The notes: generated from the letters alone by a model not told the origin. A stretch of DNA of 28,212 bases from Armatimonadota bacterium (GCA_037440005.1 JBBIUY010000038.1:1-28212); one strand, 5' to 3'; shown: positions 19,328-27,861, counted from the first letter of the stretch. Numbers and translations are program-made.

Positions 19328-20191
19328 TCAGGATGGTGGCGCCGCCAGCCTCCAGAACTCGCCGCGGCGCACGGCGAGGTGTTCCACCCGCCCGCGCGCA
19401 GCCAGCGCCTCCATGTGTGCCCGCACCTCGTCCAGGGACCGGTCCAGCAGCTCCGCCAGCTCCCGCGTCGTCAGCGGACCGTACACGGCCAGCAGGCGCG
19501 TCGGGTCCCGCGGCGCGTATTCCCTCAGATCGGGAGCGACGCGCAGGAGCACCTGGCGGTAGGTGGCAAACGACCGGTGCCCCACAACCAGGAGAGGCTG
19601 CCCGACCCCGGGAGCCCCGACCTCCCCGGCCGCCGCAAAGAGGAGTGTGGGGAAGCCCGTGACCCCGTAGCGGCGGCACTCGGCCAGGTCGGCCTGGAAG
19701 ACCCGGTCCGCCGCTCCGGCGTCCAGGTCGGCCCGGAAGCGGTCCATGTCCAGCCCGGGCACCTCCTCAGCCAGCTCCAGGTAGACGTCCGGCCGCGAGA
19801 TGATCCGCCGCTCGGTCAGCGCAGCCCGACGCAGCCGCCGCAGGTACGCCTCCCCCAGAGCCTCGCCCTGAAGCTGGGCGGCCTTGACGGCGATGCAGGC
19901 CGGCCAGGTGGAGAAGTGGGGGTCGGTGATGTCCTCCATCAGCCGTTCGTCGATCGGCTGGCCGGAGCGCTCGCTCACCATGCGCCAGTGCGGCGCGACC
20001 TCCGCGGTGGTGCGGATCTGGTTGAGGCTGTCATAAAAGTCGGCCATGTCGCGCACCAAACCGCCCATCACGAACCGGATGCGGACCTGTTCCCGGTAGG
20101 TCTCTCGGATCCGGTACAGCTGGGGTTCCGTGGCCCAGCACCAGGAGCAGTACGGGTCCGTGAAGTAGGTGATCTCAACCCGGGGGGGCAC
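19328..20191 (-). CDS. DsbA family thioredoxin-fold protein, SpxH/YjbH-like, with a C-terminal winged helix
   Basis: ITYFTDPYCSWCWATEP, HW..VSERSGQP, PACIAVKAA.LQG, GVTGFPTL, C-terminal LTTRELAELL; SD GGAGGT 8 nt before GTG 20191. Confidence 0.88.
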   Translation of the reverse strand: MPPRVEITYFTDPYCSWCWATEPQLYRIRETYREQVRIRFVMGGLVRDMADFYDSLNQIRTTAEVAPHWRMVSERSGQPIDERLMEDITDPHFSTWPACIAVKAAQLQGEALGEAYLRRLRRAALTERRIISRPDVYLELAEEVPGLDMDRFRADLDAGAADRVFQADLAECRRYGVTGFPTLLFAAAGEVGAPGVGQPLLVVGHRSFATYRQVLLRVAPDLREYAPRDPTRLLAVYGPLTTRELAELLDRSLDEVRAHMEALAARGRVEHLAVRRGEFWRLAAPPS

Positions 20192-20795
20192 GGGCCGGCA
20201 CCTCCGTCCTCTCACTGATGCACACGCCGGTCGCCGTGTCGCAGACTGCGGCGTCGCCTGCATCGTCCCACACCGCCGGCCACGCAGCGGGCTGCGCCAC
20301 CAGGACCTGCTCGCCCGTGCCGCCCCCATCGGGGGCCTGCACCACATCCAGGCCGCTGCGTTCGAGCCACCGGCGAGCGACGGCCGCTTCTGCCACGCCG
20401 AGCACCACCGCAACCACCCTCCCGCCCGGCCGCAGGTATGCCCTCGCCACGGCGAACACCCGCTGCCAGCGGCCGGGCTGGGCCAGCAGGTCCGGCCGGC
20501 GGATCAGCACGATGTCGAACCGATGGCGGTAGGTCTCAGGCAGGTGCGCCGCGTCGGCGCACAGGAAGCGAGCCTGAGGCCAGCGAGCGCGTGCCCGTAC
20601 CACCGCCGTCTCGTCGAGGTCCACGCCGGTGAGCTCCGCGACCCGGCCGGTGGCCCACAGATCTCCAATGTCGTCCGCGTCTCCACAACCGACCTCCAGG
20701 ATGCGCAGACCGGACGCGGGGGGCAGCCAGGAAGGCGCCGAGCCCCCGGGCGGGGATTCTTCCCGTCGCTCCACCACGTCCACGCCTCCTGTCAC
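20175..20795 (-). CDS. Class I SAM-dependent methyltransferase with a Cys-containing C-terminal tail
   Basis: RILEVGCG, TGVDLD, FLCADA, FDIV, LRPGGRV; tail VCDTATGVC. Confidence 0.82.
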   Translation of the reverse strand: MTGGVDVVERREESPPGGSAPSWLPPASGLRILEVGCGDADDIGDLWATGRVAELTGVDLDETAVVRARARWPQARFLCADAAHLPETYRHRFDIVLIRRPDLLAQPGRWQRVFAVARAYLRPGGRVVAVVLGVAEAAVARRWLERSGLDVVQAPDGGGTGEQVLVAQPAAWPAVWDDAGDAAVCDTATGVCISERTEVPARAPPG

Positions 20796-23179
20796 ACCGC
20801 CGCCGGGGCGGCCTCTGGCTGCAGCGCGATGGCCAGCGCCTCCTCGATGGTCCGGACGAACCGCACTTCCAGGGCCGCCCGCACCTCCTCGGGGATCTCC
20901 CGCATCTCGGCGGCGTTGCGCGCCGGCAGGATCACCGTCCGCAGCCCGGCCTGCTGCGCCGCCAGCAGCTTCTGGCGGATGCCGCCCACCGGCAGGACCT
21001 GGCCCTGCAGGGTGATCTCGCCGGTCATGGCCACGTCCGCCCGCACCGGCCGGCCCGACAGCAGCGACACCAGGGCTGTGACCATGGCCAGGCCCGCCGA
21101 CGGCCCGTCTTTGGGTGTCGCCCCCGCCGGCACGTGGATGTGCACCTCGTGACCCCGCAACAGGGCCGGGTCCACGCCCAGCGCCTGCCCGGCGGCCCGC
21201 ACGTAGCTGAGGGCGATCTGGGCCGACTCCTTCATCACCTCGCCCAGGTGTCCGGTGAGGGTCAGCCGCTCCTCGCCGGGCATGCGGGCGGCTTCCACGA
21301 AGATCACCTCGCCGCCGGTGGGCGTCACCGCCAGCCCCGTGGCCACCCCGGGGCGCCCGGTGCGCTCGGCCAGGTCGGAGACGAAGCGGGGCACGCCCAG
21401 GTAGTCGGGCACGCGGGACGCGTCCACGGTCACCGGCGGCTGGAGCTGTCCCGCGGCCACGGCGGTCGCCACCTTGCGCAGGATGCGCCCGATCTCCCGC
21501 TCCAGATTCCGCACCCCGGCCTCCCGGGTGTAGTCGCGGATGACGGCGCGCGCCGCGTCGTCGGTCAGGGTCACCTCCTCCGCCCGGAGCCCGGTCTGGG
21601 CCAGCTGGCGGGGGATGAGGAAGCGGCGGGCGATGTGGAGTTTGTCATGCTCGGTGTAGCCGTCCAGGCGGAGGACCTCCATGCGGTCCCGCAGGGCCGG
21701 GGGGATGGGGTCCAGCAGGTTGGCGGTGGTGATGAACATCACCCGGGACAGGTCGAAGTCCACATCCAGGTACAGGTCCCGGAAGTGGGCGTTTTGCGCC
21801 GGGTCCAGCACCTCCAGCAGCGCCGCCGCCGGATCCCCGCGCCAGTCGGCGCCGATCTTGTCCACCTCGTCCAGCATGAACACCGGGTTGTTGGTGCCCG
21901 CGCGCCGGATGCCCTGGATGATGCGGCCGGGCATCGCCCCCACGTAGGTGCGCCGGTGACCGCGGATCTCGGCCTCGTCCCGGATGCCTCCCAAGGACAT
22001 GCGGGTGAACGTGCGGCCCAGGGCGCGGGCGATGCTCTGGCCCAGGGACGTCTTGCCCACCCCCGGGGGGCCCACAAAGCACAGGATCACCGGCCCGTCT
22101 CCCCCGCCGACGCTCCGTTCGGCCCGCAGCTTGCGCACCGCCAGGTACTCCAGGATGCGCTCTTTGACCTCCTGGAGGTCGTAGTGGTCCTCGTCCAGCA
22201 CTGCCCGGGCCCGGGCGATGTCGATCTCCTCGGGATCCGAGCGCTGCCAGGGCAGGTCCACCAGCCACTCCAGGTAGGTCTTGATGACGCTGTACTCGGC
22301 CGCCTGGGGCGGCATGCGCTCCAGGCGCGCCAGCTCCCGCAGCGCCTCCCGCCGGGCCTCCTCGGGCATCCCGGCGGCCTCGATGCGCTGCCGGTACCGC
22401 TCGATCTCGGCGGCCTCGTCGTCCTCCTCCCCCAGCTCCCGCCGGATCGCCCGCAGCTGCTCGCGGAGGATGTACTCCCGCTGGGTCTTCTCCACCGCCT
22501 CCCGCACCTGGGAGCGGATCTCCTCGCGCAGCTCCTGCAGCTGGATCTGGCGCTGGAAGAACGCCAGGACCTTCTGCAGGCGCTCGGTGAGGTCGAAGGT
22601 CTGCAGCAGGTCGGCCCGCTCGGCAAACGTCATCTCGGGAGCGTACCCGGCGTTGTCGGCCAGCTGGCCGGGGTGGGCGATGCTGCGGACGAAGTTCAAC
22701 ACCTCCTGAGGGATTCCGGGCTGGCGGCTGACGAACAGCTCGATGGCCGCCAGGACCCGCAACCGCAGCTGCTCCGCCTCCGGGGACCAGGACTGCGGGT
22801 CGGGCCGGGACTCGTAGGTGAAGCGCAGGCAGGGCTGCTCCTGGACCAGCTGGCCCAGCACCGCCCGGTGCAGGGCGCGGACCAGGATGCCCCGCTCGGT
22901 GGGGCCGCTGTGGGAGACCCGCTCGATGCGGGCCACCACCCCCACCGGCAGCAGCCGCTCGGCCAGGGACCGGTCCTCGCTGTCCGGCTGCGCCGGCACC
23001 AGCAGGATCAGGTGGTCCCCCCGGGTCGCCTCGTCCACCGCCGCGGCTCCCGCCGCGTCGCTGATCGGCAGGGTGAGGGCCATGGAGGGCAGCACCACCG
23101 CGCCGGACAGCACCACGGCCGGCAGGGTGGGGCGGTCCTGTCCCGGCACACCCGTCCTCTGCCGCTCTCCCGTGCTCAT
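20792..23179 (-). CDS. lon: ATP-dependent protease La (LonA)
   Basis: GPPGVGKTS, MLDEVDK, PKDGPSAG (catalytic Ser), VGGIRQK (catalytic Lys); SD AGGAGGT; ATG overlaps the upstream TGA. Confidence 0.96.
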   Translation of the reverse strand: MSTGERQRTGVPGQDRPTLPAVVLSGAVVLPSMALTLPISDAAGAAAVDEATRGDHLILLVPAQPDSEDRSLAERLLPVGVVARIERVSHSGPTERGILVRALHRAVLGQLVQEQPCLRFTYESRPDPQSWSPEAEQLRLRVLAAIELFVSRQPGIPQEVLNFVRSIAHPGQLADNAGYAPEMTFAERADLLQTFDLTERLQKVLAFFQRQIQLQELREEIRSQVREAVEKTQREYILREQLRAIRRELGEEDDEAAEIERYRQRIEAAGMPEEARREALRELARLERMPPQAAEYSVIKTYLEWLVDLPWQRSDPEEIDIARARAVLDEDHYDLQEVKERILEYLAVRKLRAERSVGGGDGPVILCFVGPPGVGKTSLGQSIARALGRTFTRMSLGGIRDEAEIRGHRRTYVGAMPGRIIQGIRRAGTNNPVFMLDEVDKIGADWRGDPAAALLEVLDPAQNAHFRDLYLDVDFDLSRVMFITTANLLDPIPPALRDRMEVLRLDGYTEHDKLHIARRFLIPRQLAQTGLRAEEVTLTDDAARAVIRDYTREAGVRNLEREIGRILRKVATAVAAGQLQPPVTVDASRVPDYLGVPRFVSDLAERTGRPGVATGLAVTPTGGEVIFVEAARMPGEERLTLTGHLGEVMKESAQIALSYVRAAGQALGVDPALLRGHEVHIHVPAGATPKDGPSAGLAMVTALVSLLSGRPVRADVAMTGEITLQGQVLPVGGIRQKLLAAQQAGLRTVILPARNAAEMREIPEEVRAALEVRFVRTIEEALAIALQPEAAPAAV

Positions 23180-23826
23180 CGGTCACCTCCTGCCCGGAAC
23201 TCTTCCCGCGCCCGCAGCGAGGCCACCCACGCTTCCAGCCGCTCCTCCCGGTGGGCGCCCACCAGGACGTACCGCCCCTCGGCCACCAGGGTCGGCACCG
23301 CGGTCACGCCGTACCGCCGCGCCCGCGCCAGGTCCTGCTCCACCAGCTCCGCCGCGCGCGGACTGCGGTAATCCCGCTCCCAACGCTCCACGTCCAGCCC
23401 CGCGTCGGCAGCGCACGCCCGCAGCACCTCGTCGTCGGCGATATTCCGGCACTCGGTCAGGTGGGCCCGCTGCACCCGGTCGAACATGGCCCAGTGGGCC
23501 GCCGGACCCCCCTGGATCTCCGCCGCCTTGCACGCCCGCAGCCCCGGCATCGACCAGGGATACTCAAAGGGGCGGGTGGCCATCAGGTCGGCGTTGATCC
23601 GGTGCTCGTCGTCGTTGGCGTTGGCCGCCCGCCAGTGCGTCAAGATCTCCCGCTTGCCGGCCTCCGGCGAACCGAAGATGGCCGCGATCGCCCGGGGCGT
23701 GGGCGCCAGGGCGAAGCACCGGTGCTCCACGGTGACCTCCGGATGTCGCTCCGCCACCCGGCGGAGCCGCGGCGACAGCGCGTAGCACCACGCTCACAAC
23801 ACGTCGTGGAAGAACTCCACCGTCAC
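23176..23826 (-). CDS. DsbA/FrnE-like oxidoreductase, probable selenoprotein (UxxC; TGA at 23794-23796 read as Sec11)
   Basis: SD GGAGGT, 6 nt, then GTG ACG GTG GAG TTC TTC CAC GAC GTG TTG TGA GCG TGG TGC = MTVEFFHDVL-U-AWC, in frame with the 193-aa ORF. C-terminal GVTAVPTL carries the cis-Pro motif. Confidence 0.85.
23747..23782 (-). promoter_or_regulatory. Candidate bacterial SECIS element
   Basis: CGC-G-CUGUCGCC-GCG-[GCUC]-CGC-CG-GGUGGCGG-A-GCG. The apical loop starts with G, 26 nt after the UGA. Folded by hand. Confidence 0.55.
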
Positions 23827-23846
23827 GGCTCCACCTCCGCTCCGCC

Positions 23847-24239
23847 CTACCGCAGCAGGGCCAGCGGCCACGGCTGCGGGATGGCCAGCAGCATCCACGC
23901 GGACGCCAGCAGGGCCAGGTTTTTGGTGAAGTTCACCATCTGGGCCATCTTCTGCATGGGGTCCTGCACCGCCCAGAAATCGTGCATCCAGAACGTCACC
24001 GGAATGAAGAAGACCGTCAGGGCGGCGACGCCCACAGCCGGGTAGACGCCCAGGAGGATCGTCACCCCACCCACCAGCAGCAGCAGGCCGGCCGCCACCA
24101 CCAGCACCCTGGCGGCCGGCACGCCCTTGCTGGCCGCCCAGTGGCCCATCTCGTTGGCCCGGGTGAAGTGGTTGAAGGCGTTGAACAGATAGTACACACC
24201 CAGGATGATGCGGCCGGCCAGGAACAGCGCATCCACCAT
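23847..24239 (-). CDS. DoxX family membrane protein
   Basis: LFLAGRIILG.YY..NA.NHF, A.SKGVP, T.WMHDFW, NFTKNLAL; SD AAGGGAGGT before ATG 24239. Confidence 0.92.
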   Translation of the reverse strand: MVDALFLAGRIILGVYYLFNAFNHFTRANEMGHWAASKGVPAARVLVVAAGLLLLVGGVTILLGVYPAVGVAALTVFFIPVTFWMHDFWAVQDPMQKMAQMVNFTKNLALLASAWMLLAIPQPWPLALLR

Positions 24240-24303
24240 GCTCAAACCACCTCCCTTGAGTTTTTGGAGTTCTAAAACGGTGGAACTTGCGCCCACGCGA
24301 TAT

Positions 24304-24612
24304 TTATTCCGGGGACGCCCTCTCCCACGCTCCCAGGGCCTTCTCCAGCAGCGGGCGGTTGAGCCGGAAGAAGTGGTAGGGCCCCTCCCGGCGCACCCGC
24401 ATCAGCCCGCACTCCTGCAGGACGCGGAAGTGGTGGGACAGCGCCGGCGCGCTGAGGGAGAACAGCCGGGACAGATCGCGGCAGGCGACCTCCTCCCGCT
24501 CCATCAGCACCCGGACGATCCGGTACCGGGTCGGATCGCCCAGCGCCCGGAAGATCCGCACCAGACGGCGCTCTCCCAGCCCCGAGGTCAGTTTCATAAT
24601 TCGAAAAACCAT
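24304..24612 (-). CDS. ArsR/SmtB family transcriptional regulator
   Basis: FRALGDPTRYRI, ACRDL, SAPALSHHFRVL..CGL..RREG. Start is ATG 24612 (leaderless) or ATG 24597. Confidence 0.92.
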   Translation of the reverse strand: MVFRIMKLTSGLGERRLVRIFRALGDPTRYRIVRVLMEREEVACRDLSRLFSLSAPALSHHFRVLQECGLMRVRREGPYHFFRLNRPLLEKALGAWERASPE

Positions 24613-24617
24613 GAAAC
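24591..24617. promoter_or_regulatory. Palindromic operator, probable ArsR binding site
   Basis: GTTTCAT-N13-ATGAAAC with perfect 7-bp arms, AT-rich, directly after the -10 and covering the start codon. Confidence 0.7.
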
Positions 24618-24646
24618 ACCTTATCCGCCCGCGGCGTCCGTGTCAA
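24618..24646 (-). promoter_or_regulatory. Sigma70 promoter of the arsR operon (inside the ridA 3' end)
   Basis: TTGACA-N17-TAAGGT. Confidence 0.7.
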
Positions 24647-25037
24647 GGGCGCCGTCGCCATCCACCACGGCATCCACCTCGATCTCCACCAGCATGTCCC
24701 GGTGGATGAGCGACGCCACGCCCACCAGGGTCGCGGCCGGCCGGGTGCCGGCGAAGTGACGGGCCAGGGCCTGGGCCGCCTCCTCCCACCGGCTCATGTC
24801 GGTCAGGTACATCCGCCAGCGCACCACGTGGGACAGGTCGGCTCCGGCCTGCTGCAGGGCCTCCCGGATGATCGCCACGGCCCGGTCCACCTGGGCCCGC
24901 ACGTCCCCCCGGCCGACCACCTGGCCCTGGTGCGTTCCGGTGGTCCCGGACACGCAGATCCACCGGCCCACCCGCACGGCGCGGGCATAGCCAAATCGCT
25001 CCTCCCACGGCGATCCCGATGAGATGTGTCTGCGCAT
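24621..25037 (-). CDS. RidA/YjgF/UK114 family protein
   Basis: SSGSPWEERFGYARAVRVG, VSGTT, RPAATLVGV..LI....LVEIEVDA. Confidence 0.92.
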   Translation of the reverse strand: MRRHISSGSPWEERFGYARAVRVGRWICVSGTTGTHQGQVVGRGDVRAQVDRAVAIIREALQQAGADLSHVVRWRMYLTDMSRWEEAAQALARHFAGTRPAATLVGVASLIHRDMLVEIEVDAVVDGDGALDTDAAGG

Positions 25038-25067
25038 GGCCGCCTCCCAGCGGCCGGCGCGGCTGCG

Positions 25068-26585
25068 TCAGTCATGCCGCCCGGTCATTGAGTCTTCTCC
25101 CTCGTCCGCCGAAGCAAACAGGGGGGCGACCGCCGCGTACACGGCGGCGTACAGACGGTAGCTGCGCTCGTACCTTGACGCCCGGGACGCCTCGGGCCGG
25201 ACGGCGGCGACGGGTGGGTTGGCCCGCCGGGCCGCCTGCAGGGGGTCGGCGGTGGCGCCGACGGCGGCCGCCGCCAGCAGCATCGCGCCCAGAGAGGCGG
25301 CTTCGGTCTGGGCGGGCAGGCAGACCGGGCGGCCGGTGACGTCGGCGGTGATCTCCCGCCACAGAGCGCTGCGGGCGGCTCCGCCGGCGGCCACCAGAGC
25401 CTCCACCGTCACCCCCAGGGACGCGAGCTCCTCCAGGCACGCCCGCACTTCGTACGCCACGCCCTCCAGGATGCTGCGCACCAGATCCGGGAGGCCGTGG
25501 GACAGGGTCAGCCCGAACCACACTCCCCGGGCGGCCGGATTCCACCGGGGCGCGCGCGCGCCCGCGAAATACGGCAGCAGGATCAGCCCGCGGGCGCCGG
25601 GCGGGCTGTCCCGGGCCAGCGCATCGAGGGCGGCATAGTCCAGCCGGCCGTCCAGCACCCGGTCCCGCAGCCACCGCAGGATCGCCCCCGAGGCGCCCAG
25701 GCCCTGCTCCAGCAGGTACTGCCCCGGCAGGCAGTGGGCCGAGCACAGCACGCTTGAGCCCAGGACGGCCGGAACCTCCGGACGGGCCACCGACACGTTG
25801 GTGGTGGTCCCGGTGGACACCATGGCGGTCTCGCCGGCCAGGCCCACGCCCAGCGCTTCGCACGCGCGGTCGCCGGCGCCCACCGCCACGGGGATCCCGG
25901 GCTGCAGGCCGAGGGCGGACGCGGCGGACGGATCCAGGACGCCGGGGGCGGATGACGACGGGTGCAGCGGAGGAAACCGGGAGAGGTCCACGCCCACCGC
26001 CGCCGCCATCTCCGGCCACCACGTCATGCGGCGGATGTCGAACAGCAGCGTGCGCGACGCCAGCGACGGATCGGTGACCGCCAGACCGGTGAGCCGGTGG
26101 TACAGGAAGTCCCGCGGCTGGAGGAAGTACCGCACCCGGGCGTACAGGTCGGGCTGGTGGCGGCGCATCCACAGCAGCCGGCAGGCGGTGAACGTGGGGT
26201 CGGCCCGCAAACCCGTGCGCTGGCGCAGCTCGTCCCCGAACCGCTCGTCCAGCGCGCGCGCTTCCGCTGCTGCCCGGCGGTCCATCCAGATGATGCACGG
26301 GCCCAGCGCCCTCCCCCGCTCGTCCACCGGGACCACACCTTCCCGCTGGGAGGACAGGCCCACGGCGACGGGGCGGGAGCGGCCGCAGGCTTCCAGCGTC
26401 CGGCGGGCGGCGGCCACCGCCGCCTCCCACCAATCCTGCGGATCCTGCTCGGCCCACCCGGGCCGGGGGTGATGGGTGCGGTACTCGGCGGAGGCGGAGG
26501 CCAGCATCCGGCCGTCCAGGTCAAACAGGGCGGCCTTGCAGGCGGTGGTCCCCACGTCCAGGGTCAGGATGGCCTCGGTGGACAC
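25068..26585 (-). CDS. FGGY family carbohydrate kinase (xylulokinase-like; substrate uncertain)
   Basis: LDVGTTACKA, PGWAEQDP, IIWMDRR, GAGD, LPYFAGARAP, GGAARS. Confidence 0.9.
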   Translation of the reverse strand: MSTEAILTLDVGTTACKAALFDLDGRMLASASAEYRTHHPRPGWAEQDPQDWWEAAVAAARRTLEACGRSRPVAVGLSSQREGVVPVDERGRALGPCIIWMDRRAAAEARALDERFGDELRQRTGLRADPTFTACRLLWMRRHQPDLYARVRYFLQPRDFLYHRLTGLAVTDPSLASRTLLFDIRRMTWWPEMAAAVGVDLSRFPPLHPSSSAPGVLDPSAASALGLQPGIPVAVGAGDRACEALGVGLAGETAMVSTGTTTNVSVARPEVPAVLGSSVLCSAHCLPGQYLLEQGLGASGAILRWLRDRVLDGRLDYAALDALARDSPPGARGLILLPYFAGARAPRWNPAARGVWFGLTLSHGLPDLVRSILEGVAYEVRACLEELASLGVTVEALVAAGGAARSALWREITADVTGRPVCLPAQTEAASLGAMLLAAAAVGATADPLQAARRANPPVAAVRPEASRASRYERSYRLYAAVYAAVAPLFASADEGEDSMTGRHD

Positions 26586-26670
26586 GATGGCCCCTGTTCG
26601 CGCCCTGTGGACGCCACCCTCCCTGCGTCCTGCTAGACGATGCCAGCTGGAGGGGTGGACCCCGAGGCCC

Positions 26671-27861
26671 TCAGCGGCCGGGTTCGGGCACCGGGCCGGA
26701 CGCCGGAGCGCGCGCCCGCGCGGCCAGGCCGGCGGTGAGCAGGATCACGGCGGCCGCGCTGGCAAATGCGGCGGTCTCGCCCGCGGCGCCCAGAAGCCCG
26801 TTGCCCCACACCGGTCCTACGGCCCGGCCCAGCCCTTCCAGGGACGACGCCACGCCCTGGACCCGGCCCTGCTCGCCGGGCGGGGCGGAGACGCTGATGA
26901 GGCTGGTCACCGCCGGAGTCGCCAGCGCCGCCCCCACGGCGGCGGGGATCAGAGCCGCCACAAATGCCGCCACCCGGTGCGCGCCCGACGCGGCCCCCAG
27001 CCCGACCCCGGCCAGGAGCAGACCCGCCACCAGGGTGCGCCCTCCCAGGCGGCGCACCACCGGGCCCACCAGGGCCACCTGCACCACCACCCCCACAGCC
27101 CCCACCAGGGCCAGCAGGTAGCCGGTCTGAGGGACGTCAAAGCCGAAGCGCCGCGCGCCGAACAGGGCGAACGCCGTCTGGTACACGGAGATGCTGGCCC
27201 AGTAGAGGAAGTCCGCCACCAGCAGGCGTCCCATCACCGGATGGGCCAGGGCGGCCGGCAGGTCCCTCCAGCCCGCGGAGCGGCGGGCGGAGACCCGGTG
27301 GGCGGTCTCGGGCAGGAAGCGCCAGGCCAGCAGCGCGGCCGCGGCGGCGATCCCGGCCGCCGCCCACGCGGGGGCGGCGTACGAGATCCGGCCGAGGGCT
27401 CCGCCCAGGGCCGGTCCGGCGATGAAGCCCAGCCCGAACGCCGCGCCGATGAGGCCGTAGCCCCGGGCGCGGTCGTCTTCGGTGGTGACGTCGCCGATGT
27501 AGGCCCGCGCGGTGGAGATGTTCCCACCCGACAGCCCGTCGACGATGCGGGCGACGAACAGGACCGGCACGCTGCGGGCCACCGCCAGCAGGACGAAGCT
27601 GGCCACGGTGCCCAGCAGGCTGAAGATCAGGACCGGCCGGCGTCCGTAGCGGTCGGAGAGGTCGCCCAGCACGGGCGCCGCCAGCAGCTGCGCCAGCGAG
27701 AACGAGGCGAACAGCCACCCCACCGCCAGGGGGCTCGCGCCCAGGCGGGTGGCGTAGAACGGCAGCAGGGGGATGATGATCCCAAAGCCCAGCAGGTTGA
27801 CCAGGACGACCAGGAAGATCACCAGCAGGGGTCGGCCGGCGGATGGCGGCAGGGGACGCAT
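26671..27861 (-). CDS. MFS transporter, TetA/DHA1-like efflux pump
   Basis: GFGIIIPLLP, motif A GDLSDRYGRRPVL, AYIGDVT, GAAFGLGFIAGPALGG; about 12 TMs. Start is ATG 27861 or GTG 27864. Confidence 0.92.
   Translation of the reverse strand: MRPLPPSAGRPLLVIFLVVLVNLLGFGIIIPLLPFYATRLGASPLAVGWLFASFSLAQLLAAPVLGDLSDRYGRRPVLIFSLLGTVASFVLLAVARSVPVLFVARIVDGLSGGNISTARAYIGDVTTEDDRARGYGLIGAAFGLGFIAGPALGGALGRISYAAPAWAAAGIAAAAALLAWRFLPETAHRVSARRSAGWRDLPAALAHPVMGRLLVADFLYWASISVYQTAFALFGARRFGFDVPQTGYLLALVGAVGVVVQVALVGPVVRRLGGRTLVAGLLLAGVGLGAASGAHRVAAFVAALIPAAVGAALATPAVTSLISVSAPPGEQGRVQGVASSLEGLGRAVGPVWGNGLLGAAGETAAFASAAAVILLTAGLAARARAPASGPVPEPGR

Noticed and set aside
23564..23797. 77-aa ORF whose GTG overlaps the in-frame TGA (re-initiation product)
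   Set aside because: Low-complexity off-frame translation; the read-through frame restores the thioredoxin motif.
23176..23826. Calling the DsbA-like gene a nonsense pseudogene
   Set aside because: The only lesion is a TGA at the catalytic Cys position, with intact SD, resolving Cys and a downstream hairpin. Sec is more likely, pending a sel gene check.
24240..24303. AT-rich arsR-doxX spacer with short inverted repeats (AGTTC-N10-GAACT; CTCAA/TTGAG around the SD)
   Set aside because: The 5-bp arms are too short to distinguish from chance and do not match the ArsR operator.
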